Shown piece by piece: positions 11,700 to 26,824 of a stretch of DNA of 64,000 nt (position 1 is its first letter; every line of letters starts with the position of its first letter). The notes below the pieces were generated by a model. The model was not told the DNA's origin, ran no database searches, and saw nothing but the letters and a program-made list of their open reading frames with translations. Position numbers and translations under genes: made by a program. This stretch comes from Selaginella moellendorffii. Its lineage: Eukaryota > Plantae > Lycopodiophyta. Where the stretch lies: contig NW_003314389.1 of NCBI RefSeq assembly GCF_000143415.4, forward strand, positions 327,842 to 391,841, written 5' to 3'.

Positions 11700-14470
11700 T
11701 TTTTTGTTAGTGTTTTGGTTTCACATTAGATATTGAAAGTGGTTAAAGAAGAGTGTTAGTGTAATGTGGATATTTGAAGATATGGTCTTTGTGATCAAGC
11801 CTTGGATGTTCATTTTGCATTTTGTGAATGTCGATGTTGGATATCAAAAATATGGGCATGATATTCAAGGCTTAAGCATATTATGGGTTTTGAGAATTTG
11901 TGTTGAGGTGAATATATGTGAAGTTGTTAATAGGAGGAAGTTAGTTAATTCTTGAAAGTTTGCATTCCTAGACTAAGAGTCATTCTTTCTCTAGGATGGA
12001 AAATTTTTCCATAAATTTTTTATTAGACTCTTCCAATGGCTGATCTATTGATCATTTTATCTGAAATCCTTTCCATTTTTGTAAGCAAATACAAACTAGT
12101 GAAAGGGTTAGAGTTGACTTCAGTTGGCTTAAACTTTAGTAGGTAGTTTGTATGATGCGGCCCGAAAGGGATGCTGACTTTTGGGGTTAAAGCAATTGAG
12201 TTGGATAGAGTTTGGAATTGGTGTAGAAAAGTGGTTGTTATACTTTTCTAAAAAAGTGACCCTTATGCTTTTCTTCTATAGCATTGTGTTTGGTAGTAGG
12301 TTGCAACTTGCATTTCGTTAAACTCTATAAGAGTAATGAGCTCTCACTAATTTTGACTTAGTCTTGGTGGCCTTACACATTAGCTAAGGATGGTGATGTC
12401 CAACTTACTTGTTTGAGGTTGAAATATTGGTACCCGTAGTTTATGAGGAGGTTGTGTATCAATATGAATCCATCTTATGATTTTCATTTTAGTTTCGACT
12501 AAGTGTTGATCATGCATAGTAAGCCTCTTCAAGACATACTCAAAGCAATTGGCTAAATGCATTGGTGAGCTTATTGCAGTTGAGTTGGATTTGAGTGGTC
12601 ATTTAGTTTGTGCTCCTTCATGTTCCTATATCTTGTACTTGAGGTATTATGTTAATGTTAGATAAGGATATGACTCAATGACATGAGTTTAGTGTTTGGG
12701 TCTTGTGACGGCAAGTTGAAGAGTGATTATTAGTTGCTTTGTAACTAGTGATTACTTGACCGGATGGTGTTGCGAAAGATCATGTCATTAGACTTACATG
12801 GGTTTTTTATGTTAGCATATTGACTCTACCTTTATTAATATCATTTGGTTGCGTTTAATTTGTAGTGTTAGATTTCATTGAGTCTTGGATATGGTGATTC
12901 ACTCATTGATGAAGTGTTATCTATAACTGAGTTTTGCTAAAAGATTAGTTTCAGATACTAATTAAAGTATCTTTAACTTTGGTTAGCTTAGTTGCTAAAG
13001 AGATTTGAGTTATGTTTCACTTTTGCTTTCTTATAGCTTTGTTCTAGTGTTGATAACATTAAAGTGATGCCTTGTCATTGATAATATTGATGTTGAGATT
13101 TGAGTGAAATGAAATGTCTTTCCATATGATTAATATTGAGTTTTATTAGTCTTGATAAAGATAGTGTTGATGATTTGGCTATCGCTTTGTGTTATTCGCA
13201 TTTATGCATTTGCTAGTTAGCTACTATATTGACGTTCAAATGAACTGAGTGGCAAGTTGAGTTAGTTGTGTTCTAGATGGGATTGTTTAGTAGAGGGCTT
13301 TAAAATTTTCCTTAATAAAGTGATTCAATTGTAAATTATACTAACTTTACAAAAGGAAGAGTCAGTGATTGTTAGTTCCTTGTTGGATTTACATTGGGAT
13401 ATATCAATCATTATTAATTTTTCTTATGCTTATTATGAAGTGAGTTACATCTTGCTATACAAGATGGATTGATGGAGGATTAGTTTGGTGATCACTTGTT
13501 GAGCATAGCTTCAATATGCTTGGCTTTTGGATTGATGCAGACATGTTTTTTATTAGTTTTGGCATTATGAAGTCTGGATTATAGATGTGTTGAGGAGGAT
13601 ATTGTGAGTTGTACCATGATTTCTTCTTTAGCATTGAAATTAGTTCATGCGAGACTCATGATCATTATTAGGCAAAACTTAATTAGGGACTTCTTTGAAC
13701 TTTTGGTTCTTTGAGTTTTCATGTTTATGGTCCATTTGTTAAAAGTTATTGGGGAAGGCAGTTTAGCTCATTAGCTTCGATATTGCAGTTAGCTTTTGCA
13801 TCTAGCAATTATTGTTGATTTAGAATGATTTGTCATTCTTCGGGATGGTAGATTCTTTTCTTTGACAATGATTATGCATCTCTTCATTGATAGGATGATT
13901 GATAATCTTTCATGATAGTTAGTTATTCTTCTTAGTGTCTTTTGGGTTTTTGCATTACCACATGTTCTTTATGGTTCAGTTTGGATTGGTCTCATGGGTT
14001 TTAGACATCGGTAGGATGTTGCTGATACTTGCTTAAGCAACTTGAGTTCCTTTGTATTGTTAACTAGGATCTATTCAAATTCGCTAGTGCGATAGTTGGC
14101 ATGAATAAGTGTTTGTTAATCTTGCCACATTCATTTTGTTGTGTTAATTGTTGCTTAAGTTAGTTTTGATAGATTTGGATATTATTTCTTTTGGGTGATA
14201 CATTCACAAACATTTTGCTTGTCAATCAATGATATTTTTTGTTCTTTGAGTTATCTTTTTTAAGTTATTTGGCATTCTATCTACAATATTTGGTAGTTAA
14301 GTTTTATCATTGAGTTTTCTAGATGATACACTTGCTATTGAGTTTTGTTGGATTGTGCATCTTATGTTTTCCAACTATAACAATCTTTTAGGTTCCTGTA
14401 CTCTAATATTGGTTTATCGAATGATAACTTACTTGGAATACTTTTGTGTTCTAATCTAAGATTTATTCAC
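11700..14470 (+). mobile_element. Highly decayed L1-like LINE remnant
   Basis: WIFEDMVFVIKPW (DUF4283-like ORF1 motif) and LKQLAKCIGELIAVE, plus faint endonuclease/RT-like traces. An inverted homolog lies at about 38100-38710. Confidence 0.4.
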
Positions 14471-14855
14471 TAATAATTAAGTCTCTAAGATATCATTATC
14501 TTTGACTTTGATATTAACCATCTATTAATCTTTTAGTTTGGGCCAGTATAGGTAGATTAGCTTCAGCACTTCGTGTGCATAGTGAAATCTTTAGTTATGG
14601 GGTAGCTACTATCGATTAGTTACATCACCTACCTCTTTGTCGATATTCCTTATTCTGTTAAAAGGGCATGACCGTGTAAACAACTCTAACTGCTTGTTTA
14701 CAGTAGGCATTGAAGTAGGAGTTAGTGCTAGAGTATCCGCAAGAGTAGGAGTAGGCGCAAGAGTAGGAGTGAGAGTAGAGAGGCTATCAATTACTAGTTA
14801 CTGGTTATTGATTATTGATGACTAGCTACTGCAAGAGGTCGGTGATTACTCTACC

Positions 14856-17800
14856 TGTTATGATCCGGTGCAAAAAGACAGAGATCTAGTCACCCTAGAC
14901 TATGCTATGCCACCTCTTGAGGTTCCTCACTACCCAACCACCCCCGAGCTACCTCAAAAGCTCCATTGCGCCGCCGCTCCACTATGAGCCCTAGAGTAAG
15001 GTTGAGTCCCTTACCCTAACATGCCTTAATATACCCTTGAGCCTCCCTTTGACCGACATTGACCACATGGTCAAAGCTGGTGCTTAACAATTTTTCCCCC
15101 CAACAAAGTCCTTGTCCCAAGGATGAGTTGTACCGGTGATCACCCTTTTTGAGGAACCTTGCTCAAGCTCTTAGTCCATCTTCCATAGTCATATACATCA
15201 AGGAGGCATTGGGCCCATCACTCCGAGATAGTACACCTATCACATGGCTAACATAAAATACCAGATGGATTTTCACCCCAGCTGGCAGCCACACCCAATA
15301 AGCTGCTTTACCAATGCGCTCTAGCACTTCACATAGACCAGCATATCGATGGAAAAGTTTATCACTCTTCCTTGTCCGTAAAGGCACCAAGGTGTTCCGC
15401 CGCTCACTTGACAGAAATATCATTTGCACAAAGACGAGATCACCCACTTTATATTCCTGAAATTGGTGATGCTCATTGGCAAAACTTCTTTGCTCTATCC
15501 TGAGCTGCTTGCAAATTCCGTTTGCACACCACTAGAATCTCATCAAGTTCTGTGGCCAGATCAGTCGCCTCAGAATCAAGCTTTTTTTGAACGTTCTGAC
15601 TCAAATGCAATCCCTACTCCACTATTATTTGAGGATGCCTTCCAAATATGGCAAAGTAAGGACTTAGTTTGGTTCCACTGTGTTGGCGATTGTTGTAAGA
15701 AAATTGCATCAATAGAAGATATAGATCCCACTGTTCTTACCTTTGACCAATGCTACAACGTAGGATATCCTCCACCACCTGATTCACACACTCAAGAGTT
15801 TCAAAGTCACTTACATAGCCTTTCCAAAGCTTTTCCAAAAGTTTGAGGCAATGACAGTCTTCTGAAGAGCGAACAACCACACATACTTTGTCAACCTATC
15901 CACTATGACCCATAGTTGCTTCTTTTGCCTCTGTGTTCGTGGCAAACAAGTGATGAAGTCCATAGAGATACTACACCAATAGCTCTAAGGAATAGTTAAG
16001 GTTGCAAAAGTCCCCCCGGCTTCTCCCATGGCACCTTAACCCACTGACAAAGCTCACATGATTTACAATACTTGAGGATATCAGCCTTCATATTCCTCCA
16101 ATAAAAATTGCACTTAATTAAGTTATATGTCTTCTTCCCCCCAAAACGACTGGCCTCTAGACGATCATAATAGTGGAATAGAACTTGTGAACTTGTGATG
16201 GGAATAAAACTCCCATCCACCAATGAGAAAGAGGCTTCCATCTAGTCTCACAAAGAGGCCACCTTAGCATTCTAAGCCTAGGCATGCTCAACCAACTGGC
16301 GCCACAAAACTCTCCTCTTGTGGCTTCTTCCACTCAAATGGCACATTCTTGCGTAACAACTGCGTCAAAGGAATAGCCACCTCTGCAAACTTATGCTAGA
16401 AACATCGGTAATAACTAGCCATACCAAAAAAAACTATGCAACTCGGCCACTGTAGTCGGCATAGGCTAGTTTTCCACCACATCCACCTTCCTTGGATCCG
16501 TCTTGACACCCTTAAATATCACAATATGGCCTAAATATTTGACCTCCAACTTTGCAAACTCACATTTGCTCTTCTTTGCATAAAGTTTGCTGTCTCAGAG
16601 TAACAAAAGAACCTTGTGCAAATGCACCTTATGCTCCTCTATATTCTTGCAAAAAACAAGAAATTCATCCAAAACAAGCTCCACAAAATCATGAAGATAA
16701 TGCCCAAATACCTCTGTCATCAATCGGGTAAATATGGCTGGTGCATTCGTCAAACCAAATAGCATAACAGTAAACTCAAAATGTTCGAAGCTTGTGTTGA
16801 ATGTCGTCTTGAAGATAGATAAATCATCCATTGCAATATGATGATATCCACTCCTCATATCAATCTTGGTAAACAGCAGAGGTAGCTACACCTTCCACCA
16901 TGTATGGAAGAACTCCACATGTGACCAGGCCATGCTCCACAACAAACTTTGCCGAAACAAAGTTGTCATCACTCCCACTATCCAGTAAAATCCGCACTAG
17001 ATCGCCACGGAACACGCCCTCCAGCATTAAAGCTGATTCACGAGTATCCTTGAGCTCCATCTTGTTCCACAGACAGTTGAGATGACGAGCAACGATCAAA
17101 AGTCTCTTCCTTCGACCAGAATGGTCATTCTCGTCATCCTCATGCGGCAAAATTTGCAACTTTTTAGTATCTAACTTACCATGAGTAGAGGATTGGCCAT
17201 TTTTCTTGTCCTGCTGCTTGTTCTTCAACTGTGGACTATCAGCCTTGTAGTGTTCAAGTTTGCCGCAATGATGACAACCTTGTCTATAATTCTTCACAAA
17301 GAACTTCTGCTTCTTGGACCCTTTTGCATCCGAAATAGTCACCACCGACTTCAACTTGTGATGCTTGTTCCCATCCTTGTGTCCATGGCGATCATCACAA
17401 CAATTCTCAACAGAAAGACTCTGCGAACACTTGCGAGACTTGTGCTTGTCATTGTCAAGTCGACGAGCCGCATCAAAGAGCTCCTCTAAACTCTTTATAG
17501 GTTAAGAATAACACAAGTGTTGCCGCATGCTCTCACTATGTAGGCCATCAATGAAGTAGGATTTGTTCTGATCTGGATCCTTCGTTGGAACACGGCTAAT
17601 CAAGTGAGTAAGCTTCTCAATATAGTGCCCAAGTGTCATTTTCCCTTGCTGGAAATATCAAAGTTCTATGTGAGCATTCTCCATGTTGTAGTGAGGGGCA
17701 AAATGTAAATGGAAAGCAGCCTCAAACTCATCCATGGTAGACACTGGTGGTTTTTAATCCGCAACAAGAGACTCCTCAAGCCAATTCCACCATCGAAGAC

Positions 17801-18424
17801 CCACATCATGCAAAACTATTGGAATAGCCACTAAAGCCTTTGTATTTGGAGTTCCCCTAACAGCCAAGAACTTCTTCACATTAGCTAGCCAAGCGAGACA
17901 GTCATCCACACCACCATCACCGAAAAAGGTTGGAATCTTGAGTCGATCTACCAAAGAAGGTTTACTTGGAGCACTACCCCGTCCAGGCTTGAGTGCCTCA
18001 ACACGCCCACGCATGGTATCCATCATGCCATGCATCTCATCTTGCATCTCTTGCTAATTTCGATTAAGGGCTCCCAGCTCATGAACCACATCTTGAATGG
18101 TCCAAATCTCTGCAACTTCATTGGCACCATTGTCGGCACCACCATTGACAATAGGATTCCAGCATTCAGCTTGGTCAGCCATCGCAACCAACTCCTCTGA
18201 TACCAATGTTATGATTCGGCGTAAAAAGACAAAGATCTAGTCACTCTAAACTATGCTACGCCACCTCTTGAGGTTCCTTACCACCCAACCACCCCCAAGC
18301 TACCTCAAAAGCTCCATTGTGAGCCCTAGGGTAGGGTTGAGTCCCTTACCCTAACATGCCTTAATATACCCTTGAGCTTCCCTTTGACCAATGTTGACTA
18401 CATGGTCAAAGCTAGTGCTTAACA
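14856..18424 (-). mobile_element. Ty3/gypsy family D element, two LTRs, internally deleted
   Basis: LTRs 14856-15089 and 18207-18424 (TGTTA...TAACA). Perfect TSD CTACC (14851-14855 / 18425-18429). tRNA-iMet PBS TGGTATCAGAG next to 18207; PPT at 15090-15102. Gag, CCHC knuckle, protease LLDSGS, RT FGLTNAPA, integrase CKSCELCQ..GLLQP. Confidence 0.93.
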
Positions 18425-18835
18425 CTACCCCTATTAATGGTTATATGTGCTTGAGGCCTACATCTCCTTCCATTTTTAACCTTGTTTCTCTTTGTCACGA
18501 GCATTTTTGGCAACTTTGAGCAACTTGTGAACAACATAAAGGGTTAGGCCATTTATTTTGGCCAAGGGCTCTTCTTTTTGTGCTTTAGAGACGTCTACAA
18601 TCTTACTACTCTTGTCAATCTAGTTGCCTTGACTGGGCATCTACAGTATTCAAGGTAATTAATGCCGGTACAGATTAAGCATGTAGTAAATTGGCACCCT
18701 TTCACCATACGTCAAGGCCCTAACGTATGGAGTAAATTTTTTGGCATCTAGAGGCACCTTAAGTATGATAGAGCACCTTCTCAAGCTAAGTCTTTTTCAT
18801 CCTCGACAGATTCCAATGACTTAGATCTACGAGGT

Positions 18836-20200
18836 ATGGCACAACCACCTCTAGCTCAACCCCAGCTCCATGTTTTGCAAAAGGGGAGTGATCTACCAAC
18901 TTTTTTAGGTGTTGGAACAGTCTCGCTAGCATCACATATCAATCGATTTGATTACTACTGCACCACAAACATGATTGTTGATGATGATCATATGTGCCGC
19001 AACTTCTTAAAGTCTCTTGAAGGCAAAGCGTCAACTTGGGCAGATTCTCTTCTCCCAGAGGACTAGACGGACTTCTAGATGCTACTTGCTTCTTTTAGGG
19101 ATTGTTTCATCGAAGAAAAACCCACAAATCTACTTGTCAATCACTTTTCATTCTAGCAAGGTGCTCACGAGTTTGTTCCTAACTACATCACCAAGTTTTG
19201 AGTATACTAGAAGCAATGTTGGGATCGCAGAGTGGTCCAAGATGAGCAGCAAGGGATCATAGTATTTATAGCAGGTTTGCACGGGAATTTGCAGTAGAAA
19301 CATCTTAAGAAGACATTTGAGTCTTGTCGTGAGGCATTTTTATTCGCCATGAAGCTGAAAAGAGAGCTGCTTGTGGGCTTGGGGATTGCTAGAGTTGATT
19401 TCAACCAAACCATCACCCCATTAGAGTCACCTTGTGCAGCTATTTTTCCATCAACACCAAAGCCCATCGCCATTGAACATACACCTTTGGCTATCAAGAA
19501 CTTTGCCAACGAGATGCAACAGTTGAAGCTGATCATTCTTCAGCAACAATCACACCATGACAAATTGCTCCAAAAGCTTGTGGAGTCTAGGAAAAGGCTG
19601 TTGCACCTCGGGAATGCCAATTCAAGTCCTATTGGTGCACTCACTACGAGACGAACACATACAACACATAGTCCTGCTTCAAGCTTAACCTAGAGCTTCA
19701 ACCTCCACCTTCACAACGTGCCTTTGCTGACAACTCCATACTATCTCATGGTCCAAATACATACCAAAAGCAATTGGAATAACAAGCGATTAAGGTAGCT
19801 CCTTCATCAAGCAAAGGCAAAGCAATAGCCTCATCAGCCAATATGATTTTGGTAGCTAAGGAACTCTATAGACAGACATAGCAAACCACAGCCACGCAAG
19901 CCCAAACAAAGAAGAAAGCAGCCACTCAACCTGTCATGGATCTATTCTTCGTCCTAGTGCAGATTGGTAATTCCTCTTGCAAGATGGATGCTTTGGTTGA
20001 CTTTGGTTTTGGAAGCAACATTATCTGTCTTGAAGCTGCCCTCTTAGCACAGTTACAGATCACTAAAAGCTCCTTCATTTTGCTCAAAACCTTCATCAAT
20101 CACACTATTCCTCCAACAGGCATTTGCTGTGGTGTCAAGGTCTTGGTGTAAGGTGTTATTTCTAAGATAGATTTCCTTATGGTTGACTACCAGCATTTTG
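18836..20200 (+). mobile_element. Gypsy family F gag/protease remnant
   Basis: Gag-like FLKSLEGKASTWADSL; protease-like ALVDFGFGSNII. Confidence 0.6.
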
Positions 20201-22599
20201 GAACGTCCTTGTGGCAAGTCATAGCCCATTGCACCATCAACAATGTAAAAGGTAGGGCGGAAATTAGGAATGGAATCCATAGTGCCACCTTTCTCAACAA
20301 CCATGGCAGAGCTCTTTCTCAGCACACCCAGAAAATTCAAGCCAAGACAATCTCCACACAACACTCTCCTCTTGAGCTTATAAAGATTTTCTTCGAGTTA
20401 GTAGTGAAGTCACCCATATATGCGATAGATCCTTTCTCATGCAATGCAATCAACATTGTTGGAGGTGAGTCAGACCTCTCTGGACATCTCTCAACCTCAC
20501 TCTCTTTATTTGACAGTAAATTTGAGCTTCTAGCCACACCCTTTTTATTTGACGGTGAGGCTTATATTGTGCCATCTTCCATATCTAGATTTTTGGAGTG
20601 TTTCCCAATTGAGGATGGGCTTCTTGATTTATTTCTCATTTGGGACCAACTCTCTCTCATGGAGTTGATGATAAAGTCACTCCAGATTAGGTCCATCTTT
20701 CAAAGGATGCAGCCAAATTCAATTCTCTTCAGCCAATGTCTAAGGTGTTACATAGCTCCCACTAAAATCACTGTAACTGATGACTCCAAGCGTCTTTTAT
20801 CATGCCATTTTTTAGAGATGAAGGGTAACATCCAGGCACACAGCTGACAGAAAGAGACAAGCCAATTGGATGTGCTGCATGCAAGTTATAGCTCTTTGAA
20901 TTCAGAATTTTCTACTGTGGAGCTATGAATACAAATCCAAGTGTATTGCATTGAAGATTCAGCCCCAGACTTGGATTTGACTTTAGTGGAGGATCTTCCC
21001 TCACTAGCAAAATACTTGGCTTTAGTCCTTGCATTGAAGATCGTATACTTAGACCATCAGAAGCAGAGAGAGCAAGGGACAAAGGCCTTGAGTTTGACAA
21101 CAGTATTCTCTCCTTCTCCACTTTTGAAATTCTCTCCTCGCTGGACAAGCCCCTACTTTGTCTAGCGACACATTGGAGGTGGAGCATACATGCTAGTGGA
21201 TGCTGATAAAAGTGAGCTCCCACACGCTTATAACCACTCTCATCTCAAATGCTTTATCCAATGAGGAGTTCCTCTTATCTTCTTTTTCTTTTACTTCCTT
21301 TCTTTCACTTTTCTTTCACACTTCTTTTCTTATTCTCAGAGGGTGTTTCTCCTCTAGACCATGGCTCTTGCCTTGGATTTTGTGCTCAGGCTGCATTGTT
21401 ATTTGTATAGAGGTTCCTCACTTGGCTTAGGTTATGTTCTAGGTTCTTTGGCTTACCATTACTCTACCCCATACATTCCCCACATACATTTCATACCATT
21501 TACACTCACAAATCCATCACCAATCACTTCCAGCAGCATTGCTCGCACTTATTTCTAGATGCCCATCTTGCATCTTTCATTCTTTCACCATCATCCAGAT
21601 CTTTGTTTGAGGTCATATTTACACCATACTAAGGACACACATACACACACTAGCAGCAAAACACATCACCTCATTTGGACATGCTGTTTTCAAGATATCA
21701 TTCCGACTATTTGCCGATGACATGCTAGTTTTTCTAGAGCAAAACCTGTTCACTCAAAGCACCTAGGTGGATTCTTAGGCAAGGCCACAGAAGCCAAAGC
21801 CACTTTCTCTTGCTCCAGCACTCAGTGGACACATGCCACCTCTCTTTACCGGTGATCCAACAACTATATCGTCCTTTTCAACTGTGGTTTTGTTCAGTCA
21901 AACATATTAGACCATAGGCCTAACACTTTCAAAGATGGGTATGGGTATGACCCAGGGCCAGGTATGACCACGACCCACACGTGCACTGGGCAGTGGATCG
22001 CACCGACCACCAGCCTTCTTAGAGTGCCACCACCATCTCGGCACTCTACCATATCATTCCATCTTTCATCATTTTTACACATACCACCCTTGGACAATAC
22101 ATCCCCTCTTCTAGCTATCTTTCTTTCTCGATTTCAGCCAACCGTTGGAGCATACATGAAGTCATCATGAGGCTGTATTTGCATATTACACTTTCTTGAG
22201 CTGAAATCTAGGTATGGGTTAAGCTCTTGGGGTACTCACTCTTTTCTTTCTATTTTTCTCTTGAGCTCACACTTACCTCTTTCTTTCTTTTTCCACATTT
22301 TTTTCCAGAGTTTCTACTAGTTCATGTAGTTACCAACACTTGGCATCAGTAACAAAGGTACACTCTACACTCGTTAGAGGGTTCTCTTGTGTTTGGAGTC
22401 AATGGTGGTTGCATATTAGGGTGTGGCCACTTAGAAAATATGAAAGTGAGAGAGGGAATATTTTGATTCTTAGAATATTCCCTATCTTCCTTGTATAAAA
22501 CCCTTGCCCCACAAGGGCAAGGGGGGGCATTTATGAAGAGCATTGGAGCATTTCTCATATTTAAGCGAGTGTTGGGGGAAGCGCCCCTTCTTCCCCTAC

Positions 22600-23330
22600 A
22601 CACTTTGGCTTATTCCAACATTTATTAAAAGTAACCCTAACTACCATTTTAAGGACATATGTCCTCATCCATATTTGACTTCCCATGATCATCAACTCTA
22701 GTCTCAAATTCATGAGCACCATCCTCAACAACATGAGGATAATCCTTTGACTCCTTTATTATTTAGGAGTCTTTATCCTTCATATGATCCCAACTATAGT
22801 TATTTATCACAACTATAATCATTAATTTGCTAAGTTAAAACATTAATAACATCCTCAACTTTTTGAGGACAACTTCTACTATTCCTAAATCCAAAAGTTG
22901 TTCCCTTATTAGTCCCTTTTTATCCACCATATTGCCAACTAGTTTATCTATAAATTAAAGTGGAGAGCCATATCCTTCCAACATACTACTCCTCAAGTAT
23001 AACCCCACTCCTAGGATCTTTGAATGTCAATATCAAATAGTAATATACTTGACTGCCAATAAGAATCAAACTAAGAAATAGCTCTAATACCAAATTGAGA
23101 GTGACTAGTTTTTCTATTATACTTTAATCATTTAACCACACCTTTAACCATTTGGAGGAGTCCCACTCACAACCTCAGACTTGACCTCGGGCTCCATCTT
23201 GGATTCCTTCTCAGACTCAATCTTAGACTCTTTCTCAGACTCCTCCTTAGACTCCATCTTAGACTCCATCTCAAACTCTTTCTAGAACTCTATCTCGGAC
23301 TCCATCTTAGACTCCTTTTCAAATTCTATA
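22600..23330 (-). mobile_element. Family B leader + PBS + deleted LTR fragment
   Basis: Reverse homology to 40100-40730. PBS-like GCTCTAATACCA at about 23082-23093. GACTCCATCT repeats. Confidence 0.7.
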
Positions 23331-26300
23331 TAGCACATGTGATCAAGGACCTTGAACCACTGAACAAAGGGACAGTGCCAAACTCCTAAGCATGGAGCTA
23401 AGGAGCAATGGCACTGAAGCACGGAACAACTTCCAAGCGTATAGTCCAAAGAGCGAAGGGATAGGAGTGCAAAGCAACTTAGAACAGTTCTAGAGTATCT
23501 AGCTTCCCAATGCCAGAACCAACACGCAACACAGAGCCAAATGGAGTCAAGTGCAATTTCAGTATACTGGTGATCTAACGCAAGGATATGGGTACTCCAC
23601 TAGCTAGCATGGAATGGAATTTGGGCTTAGACCCAAGCCATACGTAAAACAAGGATAGGCATGTAAGTAGGAGCTAGATTATGCTTCAGGTTGGTCAACT
23701 ATGCCCAACGTACCCACTATCCATACTATACATTTGGAACCCCCTTCCTGGACTTTGCATCTATACTTAGCTGGACAAAAGAGGGACTGATAAAGGGTCT
23801 AGCAATACTGACCTCTTGCCATTGTGGTAGTAAGGAAAGAGTATCCGAAAGGATAGCTGACAAGTAACTTTTGATACCCAAAGTCACATTCGCAACACTC
23901 TCCCCCTTAGGGAAGATCGACATCCTTGTTGATGCATACTCTAGTCTAGACCACAACCAAGGAAACAACTTCAGAAAAAGTTCATGGTGATCACACTATG
24001 TGAGAAATGCACCAAATTAAATGAGTTAGGAGGCAACCTCTTTGTCTAACGCGGATGTGCTACCAACTCAAACACCTTTTAGTTGTCGTTAATAAGGAAA
24101 TGACCAACGGAGTTAGCCACCCTTGCTACTCTAGGTGTCACCCAGCTTACAAAAGTGTGATATTGTAAGCGACTAAATTTTCCATTCTACTTTAGTCACT
24201 TAACCACACCTTTGACCACTTGGAGGAGTCTCATTCACAACCTCCTTAAGTCCAATTCAGGACTTGGGACCTACTAGCCCCGAGGATGGCATCCATGCCA
24301 CTCATCCCTTGCACTTAGTCTAAGTGCTCCACGTGTCCAGTCCCAAGACTGACACCCAAAGGTACCATTAACATATCGGCCCGTTACGCTAAGGCCATGC
24401 CCATTCACCTTTGCCGCACTAGTGGTCCAATACCACTTGCATCACAATCCTATCTCTCCAAGACTGGGCCATCCGTCTATGAGTGGTCAACCCAAATCCA
24501 CTCCTTAACATCCTTAGGATGCCTACAGACATGGGGAATAACCTTCCCCAATATCCCTTTGTCAGTTCCAACCAACTCCCTTTTCTGTCCATGGCCATGT
24601 TCGCCGACACTACCGCTACATCAAGGCCCACAGGCCCGACCACTAAGTCCCATGGTCCTCTGGGACTTCCTCACCATGTGACTGTATCCTTAGTCACTAC
24701 ACTAGAGGACTGCTCCTCCTCCTTTCCCCCATTTGGGACTCTGGGACAACATTTCGGAACATCGTGGGCCTACGTGAGCCCCGTGGGTACTCTCCCCACC
24801 TTCCACCTTTAGGTGCTCTAGCCATGGGCTTAGAGCGAGGTTCCGTTGAGCCACGCCTGGTATCCAAGTAGGTAGTGCCACCCACACTTGGACTGGGAGC
24901 ATTAGCCAGTCGATCTCCCGAGGGAACTAGAGCCGGCTCTTGAACACTTCACCAAGCTACCCCGCTTGTCGGTCTGTATTCACTCTAGTCTTAGACTTCC
25001 CAGTGGTCAGTTTGTCACCCAACACTGGGTCTGGCCTTTCTTGGCCAAACTGGCCTTTCCTGGCCAAACTGGCCTTTCCTAGCCAAACTGGCCTTTCCTG
25101 GCCAAACTGGCTCCACTACAGTCCTCCCCCTTACTATACTTTTGGAGCTCACCAAACCCCCCAGGGTCTGGGAGACGAACGCTTTGGGCTTTCACCGTCT
25201 CAGACTCAAACTCGGACTCGGACTCGGACTCGGACTTGGACTCGGACTCTGACTCGGACTCGAACTCGGACTCGGGCTCGGTCTCAGTCTCGGTCCCGGT
25301 CTCGGTCCTGGTCTCGGTCTCGACCTTAGACTCCATCTCGGGTCCTTCTTGGACTCCATCTCGGATTCCATCTCGGGTCCATCTCAGACTCCATCTCGGA
25401 CTCCGTCTCGGTCCATCTCGGACTCCATCTCGGACTCCGTCTCGGTCCATCTCGGACTCCATCTTGGACTCCATCTTGGGTCCATCTCGGTATCTATCTC
25501 GGGTCCATCTCAGACTCCATCTCGGTCCATCTCGAACTCCATCTCGGACTCGGTCTCAGTCCATCTCGAACTCCATCTCGGACTCGGTCTTAGTCCATCT
25601 CGGACTCCATCTCGGTCCATCTTGGACTCCATCTCGGACTCCATCTTGGGTCCATCTCGGACTCCATCTCGGGTCCATCTCGGACTCCATCTCAGACTCC
25701 GTCTTAGTCCATCTCGGACTCCATCTCGTACTCTGTCTCGGTCCATCTTGGACTCCATCTCGGTCCATCTCGGACTCCATCTCAGGTCCATCTCGGACTC
25801 CATCTCGGACTCCACCTCGGACTCCATCTCAGACTCCACCTCGGACTCCAACTCAAACTCCACCTCAGACTCCATCTCGGACTCCACCTGGGACTCCAAC
25901 TCGGGTCCATCTCGGACTCCATCTCGGACACTTCCACGTGTCATGTGTTGGTCCTTTTGGGTCCCTTTTTGGAGCCTCGCTTATTGCTCGCATCGTGGTT
26001 GTTCCTTGAGCACTTTGTTGGGAGTTCCACTCCTGCTCTTGACCTTTCAAGTCGGAGCTTTTAGTCCAAATGTGTTACGCTCGTTTGGCTTTCGCTTTGG
26101 CCACTACCATGTGGCACCCTTCTGGCTCCACTTTGGGGCCTAGGGATTTTGTGTCTCACAGATATGCCCCTGCCTACAGGGATATAGAGAGAGAAGCTAG
26201 AGGCCTGACCCTCCTAAGCAAAGAAACCAAACCCATTGGTAACATTTAGATAAACTACTTAAACAGGCAGTTAGAGTTTTTTACACGATCACATCCTTTT

Positions 26301-26530
26301 AACAGAATAAAGAACATTGATAGAGAGGTCGGTGATATGACCAGTTGACAGTGTATCCCCATGACTAGAGATTTCACTATATCTAGCAGTTGCCTGTAAA
26401 ATGGTGACAGATAGTATTTGGCATGATTTTAGCATATTAGTGGCCTAACATGAGGAAGAGGGTACCCCACCCACTAGAGTAGCATGAAGTTTGGGCTTAC
26501 ACCCAAGTTGGATGCAGAACTAAACACTTT
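23331..26530 (-). mobile_element. Family A LTR/PPT/3' internal remnant, split by the solo LTR 24164-26160
   Basis: LTR end CACATTCGCAACA at about 23897 followed by CTCTCCCCC (PPT). The flanks of the insertion rejoin to match about 45290-45380. Confidence 0.7.
24164..26160 (-). mobile_element. Family B solo LTR (1997 bp) with internal satellite array
   Basis: TGTAAGCG...GTCTCACA with perfect TSD GATAT on both sides. Reverse complement of 52182-54033. Confidence 0.93.
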
Positions 26531-26550
26531 CCATAAAAAGCATAAAAACC

Positions 26551-26824
26551 ATCTCGGGTCCATCTCAAATTCCATCTTAGACTCTATCTCGACACTTTTA
26601 GGTGTCATGTGTTGGTCCTTTTGTGTCCCTTTTTTAAAGCCTCACTTATTGCTCGCTTCATGCTCATTCCTCAAGCCCTTCATTGGGAGTTTCACTCCTG
26701 CTCTTGACTTTTCAATTTGAAGCTTTTAGTCCAAACATATTACGCTCGTTTGGCTTTTGTTTCGGCCATTACCACGTAGCACTCTTTTGGCTCCACTTTA
26801 GGGCTTAGGGATTTATGTCTCACA
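26551..26824 (-). mobile_element. Family B LTR 5'-end fragment
   Basis: Matches about 25900-26160 and ends in GTCTCACA. Confidence 0.75.

Noticed and set aside
20179-22170. ORFs such as 20179-20847 as an env-like or extra gene
   Set aside because: No recognisable motif. Likely decayed retroelement interior, and a call cannot be supported.
25079-26143. Long ORFs with SRTPSR/MESE/LGLHLG repeats (also 30909-31446, 37026-37722, 47773-48922, 52081-53258)
   Set aside because: They are translations of the stop-poor LTR minisatellite in several frames on both strands, not genes.
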